Assembly (NCBI GenBank): GCA_050873645.1 | Contig: JBNMJE010000001.1 | Coordinates: 4,255-68,254, forward strand | Reading direction: 5' to 3' | DNA: 64,000 bases | From: Succinivibrio sp. | GTDB lineage: Bacteria; Pseudomonadota; Gammaproteobacteria; Enterobacterales; Succinivibrionaceae | Shown here: piece after piece, positions 61,491 to 64,000 of the stretch | Layout of the letters: every line of letters starts with the position of its first letter | How positions within the stretch are numbered: position 1 is the stretch's first letter | The notes under the pieces: generated by a model | The model's database searches: none | What the model was told of the DNA's origin: nothing | The model's input: the letters and a program-made list of their open reading frames with translations, nothing else | Translations under genes and position numbers: made by a program

Positions 61491-61844
61491 ATGGCTAGCA
61501 ACCCAATTATTGATCAGCTAGAGAAAGAGCAAATCCGTACTGATATCCCTGAGTTCAACCCAGGTGACACCGTACGTGTTGAGGTTAAGGTTGTTGAAGG
61601 CGACAAGAGCCGTTTACAGGCTTTTGAGGGCAACGTTATCGCTAAGCGTAACCGTGGCTTAAACTCATCATTCACCGTTCGTAAGATTTCTTCAGGTGAA
61701 GGTGTTGAGCGTGTATTCCAGACCAATTCACCACTTATCGCTTCAGTTAAAGTAACTCGTCGTGGTGACGTTCGTCGTGCTAAGCTTTACTACTTACGTG
61801 ACCGTGCTGGTAAGTCAGCTCGTATTCGTGAGAAGATCAACTAA
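61491..61844 (+). CDS. rplS: 50S ribosomal protein L19
   Basis: [35 protein letters not shown]. Start reassigned to ATG 61491. Confidence 0.98.
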   Translation: MASNPIIDQLEKEQIRTDIPEFNPGDTVRVEVKVVEGDKSRLQAFEGNVIAKRNRGLNSSFTVRKISSGEGVERVFQTNSPLIASVKVTRRGDVRRAKLYYLRDRAGKSARIREKIN

Positions 61845-61867
61845 TCAGTTCATAACTGATAAGTTAA

Positions 61868-61895
61868 AACGCCCAGTCAATGCTGGGCGTTGTTA
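61868..61895. terminator. Terminator after rplS, convergent with the HxlR gene
   Basis: aacgcccag / ctgggcgtt stem. Confidence 0.75.
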
Positions 61896-61920
61896 TACTT
61901 GAGTAGGATAATCCTCAATC

Positions 61921-62271
61921 CTATTCTGATTCAGAATCCTCCTCCACAATAAAATATTTTTCACCCCATTTACTTATATTATCTAAGACTGGAATAATCG
62001 ATTTGCCTTTTTCAGACAGCGAATACTCAACCTTTGGTGGGATCTCATCATAAGACTGACGTACTATCATCTCACTGCTGATTAGCTCCTTTAGAGAAGC
62101 TGCTAACACTGCATCAGTGATGTTTGCAATCTTACTTTTGATTTCACCGTATCTTAAATTATCAGCTTTAGACAAAACTGATAAGATCCTAGACTTCCAT
62201 TTTCCACTGAACATATCAAGACTATATTCTAGAGAATTACGGATATCCTTTTTTAGTTTTCGTTCGTACAT
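61921..62271 (-). CDS. HxlR/DUF24-family winged-helix regulator
   Basis: SGKWKSRIL, LRYGEI, ITDAVLAASLKEL, YDEIPPKVEYSLSEKG. Start reassigned to ATG 62271. Confidence 0.88.
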   Translation of the reverse strand: MYERKLKKDIRNSLEYSLDMFSGKWKSRILSVLSKADNLRYGEIKSKIANITDAVLAASLKELISSEMIVRQSYDEIPPKVEYSLSEKGKSIIPVLDNISKWGEKYFIVEEDSESE

Positions 62272-62456
62272 CGTTACCTCTGAGTATATTAAAAGTATAA
62301 CGAACATCGAACTTTTATAAAGTAACTATAAAAACTATTATCTAAACGTAAATCTCAAAGTAACCATAGAAATAACATGTTACTAAACAAGTGCATAGTA
62401 GCTAATAATTTTGCTTTCTTCTTACCAAGTGCTTTTTACTTTTATACAATTAGCGT

Positions 62457-62602
62457 ACCGTAATTTGAAAATCGTTTTATTGATGCAAAACGTGTCTAGT
62501 GTACGCGTACTCGTCACACGGTGTAACGATCATGACGAGCTTCATCAATAACCCTCTTTCAATTTAATACGCCAGCTGTGACCTCTTACAGCTGGCGCTT
62601 TC
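62457..62602 (+). ncRNA. Candidate small structured RNA (or small-ORF transcript)
   Basis: TTACCA-N17-TACAAT at 62422-62450, nested stems at 62477-62551, strong hairpin acgccagctgt/acagctggcgc then tttc. No family recognised. Confidence 0.4.
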
Positions 62603-62849
62603 TTAGACCACTCTCATTTTTTACTCTTTGTAATTTCGCTCTAGTGCGCTTAAATACACTTGAGAATTGGAATCTTTGTATTTACTGATAAATACTTGCA
62701 TATCCTACTTCAAGTCTTCTGAGCCTCAAATTTAAGCTGTCTTTGCCTATTTGTAAGTCAGTTGCTAGGTTGTATGGTGTTCCTGTTTTACTTGTGAATT
62801 CTGATAACAACATTGTAGTCATAATCTACATATGACTACATTAGCTTAG

Positions 62850-63305
62850 TTATTTCTTATCTTCAGGAAAGAGCCTTTTATATATCTGCTCGTATGCCAT
62901 TCCTAGCATCCACACAGGAGCATGCGCGTAAAGACTGTCTAACAGGCGTTTAGAGTCTTTGATGTGAATTCTATTCTCTTTAATTGGATTTAACCGTCTG
63001 CAACCAAAGTGGGCAATGATTTTGGGAATTCCATCTTTTTGCCTTTCACTAAATTTAGCTACGTTATGATTCTGCAACAGGATAGCGTCAGTTGAGGCGC
63101 CGTATTTAATTTCACTAATATCAAGACGCAGTATGTAAAGGCACTCTAAGAAGTATTTAGGGTATTTACCATCTTCAGTCTTAGGTCTTGTGATAACGAT
63201 GAACTCCTGATCATCATGTTTTTTGATGTAGTTATTCCAAACGTATGGAACAGGATTTTGCTTAATCTTGTTGATAGCCTGTGTGTACATTTCTTCAAAA
63301 GTCAT
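62850..63305 (-). CDS. Hypothetical protein, 151 aa, tandem paralog A
   Basis: GGAG RBS before ATG 63305; co-linear with 63523-63975; no family recognised. Confidence 0.75.
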   Translation of the reverse strand: MTFEEMYTQAINKIKQNPVPYVWNNYIKKHDDQEFIVITRPKTEDGKYPKYFLECLYILRLDISEIKYGASTDAILLQNHNVAKFSERQKDGIPKIIAHFGCRRLNPIKENRIHIKDSKRLLDSLYAHAPVWMLGMAYEQIYKRLFPEDKK

Positions 63306-63522
63306 TTGATACTCCATGTCTCTTTTTTACCATATGAGTATTAGCTAAAAGAGGATCCTAGATGTCCGCGTAACTGCCAACTCATATTGCATCTGTTACC
63401 TGCTCTTGAGGCGCAGGTGGCCAATTTACTTAAGATAGACAGAATTAGAATAAGCTTCTGTCTTATAGCTCAATACTTAAACTTACTATGTAGTTATAAC
63501 CTTGGTTATAACTACACATCTC

Positions 63523-63975
63523 TTAGTTGTTTTGCTTCTCAGGAAAGAGGTGTTTATAGATCTGATCACAGCACATTCCCATTAACGTCAATGTGGAGTG
63601 AACATATGCACTGTTTAAAAGAAGTTTTGATCCTTTGATGTGGATCCTTTTCTCTTTAATTGGATTTAACTGTTTGCAACCAAAGTAGGCAATGATTTTC
63701 TGAATTCCTTCTTTTTGCTTATCAGTAAATTTAGCTTCATTATGATTCTGCAATAGCAAGGCTTCAGTTGAGCTTCCATAACAGATCTCACTGATATCAA
63801 GCTTCAGATAGTAGAGGCACTCTATGAAGTATTTTGGGTACTTACCTTCTTTTGGATAAGTAATTACTGCGAACTCCTGATCATCATGCTTTTTAATGCA
63901 GTTATTCCAAACAAATGAAACAGGATCTTGCTTAATCTTGCTGATAGCATCTGCGTACAGTTCATCAAAAGTCAT
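63523..63975 (-). CDS. Hypothetical protein, 150 aa, tandem paralog B
   Basis: Same RBS context (ggagtatcaaatgacttt); shared motifs VWNN.IKKHDDQEF, GKYPKYF.ECLY, LLQNHN.AKF, LNPIKE.RIHIK. Confidence 0.75.
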   Translation of the reverse strand: MTFDELYADAISKIKQDPVSFVWNNCIKKHDDQEFAVITYPKEGKYPKYFIECLYYLKLDISEICYGSSTEALLLQNHNEAKFTDKQKEGIQKIIAYFGCKQLNPIKEKRIHIKGSKLLLNSAYVHSTLTLMGMCCDQIYKHLFPEKQNN

Positions 63976-64000
63976 TTGATACTCCTTGTCAATTATTACT

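Noticed and set aside
62640-62800. Minus-strand frame TGTPYNLATDLQIGKDSLNLRLRRLE resembling an HTH remnant
   Set aside because: No start or RBS, flanked by stops, and too short to distinguish from chance.
62814-63515. Integron attC sites or a CRISPR array in the hairpin-rich right end
   Set aside because: No RYYYAAC/GTTRRRY core pairs, no constant-length repeat-spacer pattern, and no intI or cas gene in the window.

Overview
Chromosomal window from a low-GC gammaproteobacterium. Gene order, a MotX-like gene and several anaerobe/Firmicutes-like genes suggest Succinivibrionaceae (Aeromonadales), but that is inference. Left to right: a complete galactan-utilisation locus (GH42, GH53, ABC transporter with two binding-protein paralogs, LacI-type regulator, LamB-type porin); an accessory block (TetR, frameshifted nitroreductase-like gene, 1413-aa CoA-enzyme activase fusion, bioB); degS-degQ-zapG; a tandem pair of 94-aa orphans and nagA; rplM-rpsI-sspB; lpoA, a solo HEPN gene, rsmI and RNase P RNA; the dcw cluster, which ends in two tandem ftsZ genes; lpxC-ampD-acnB-mdh; an HTH-HATPase-STAS-like gene; motX-like; ffh-rpsP-rimM-trmD-rplS; an HxlR regulator, a candidate small RNA/small-ORF locus and a tandem pair of about 150-aa orphans at the right edge. 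The strongest signal is a remodelled divisome: a full-length FtsZ with a long linker and divergent C-terminal peptide, a separately promoted tail-less FtsZ paralog, an N-terminally extended FtsL and a divergent FtsA. No tRNA, rRNA, CRISPR array, transposase or integrase was seen. No database searches were run; product calls rest on motifs and synteny recognised by eye.
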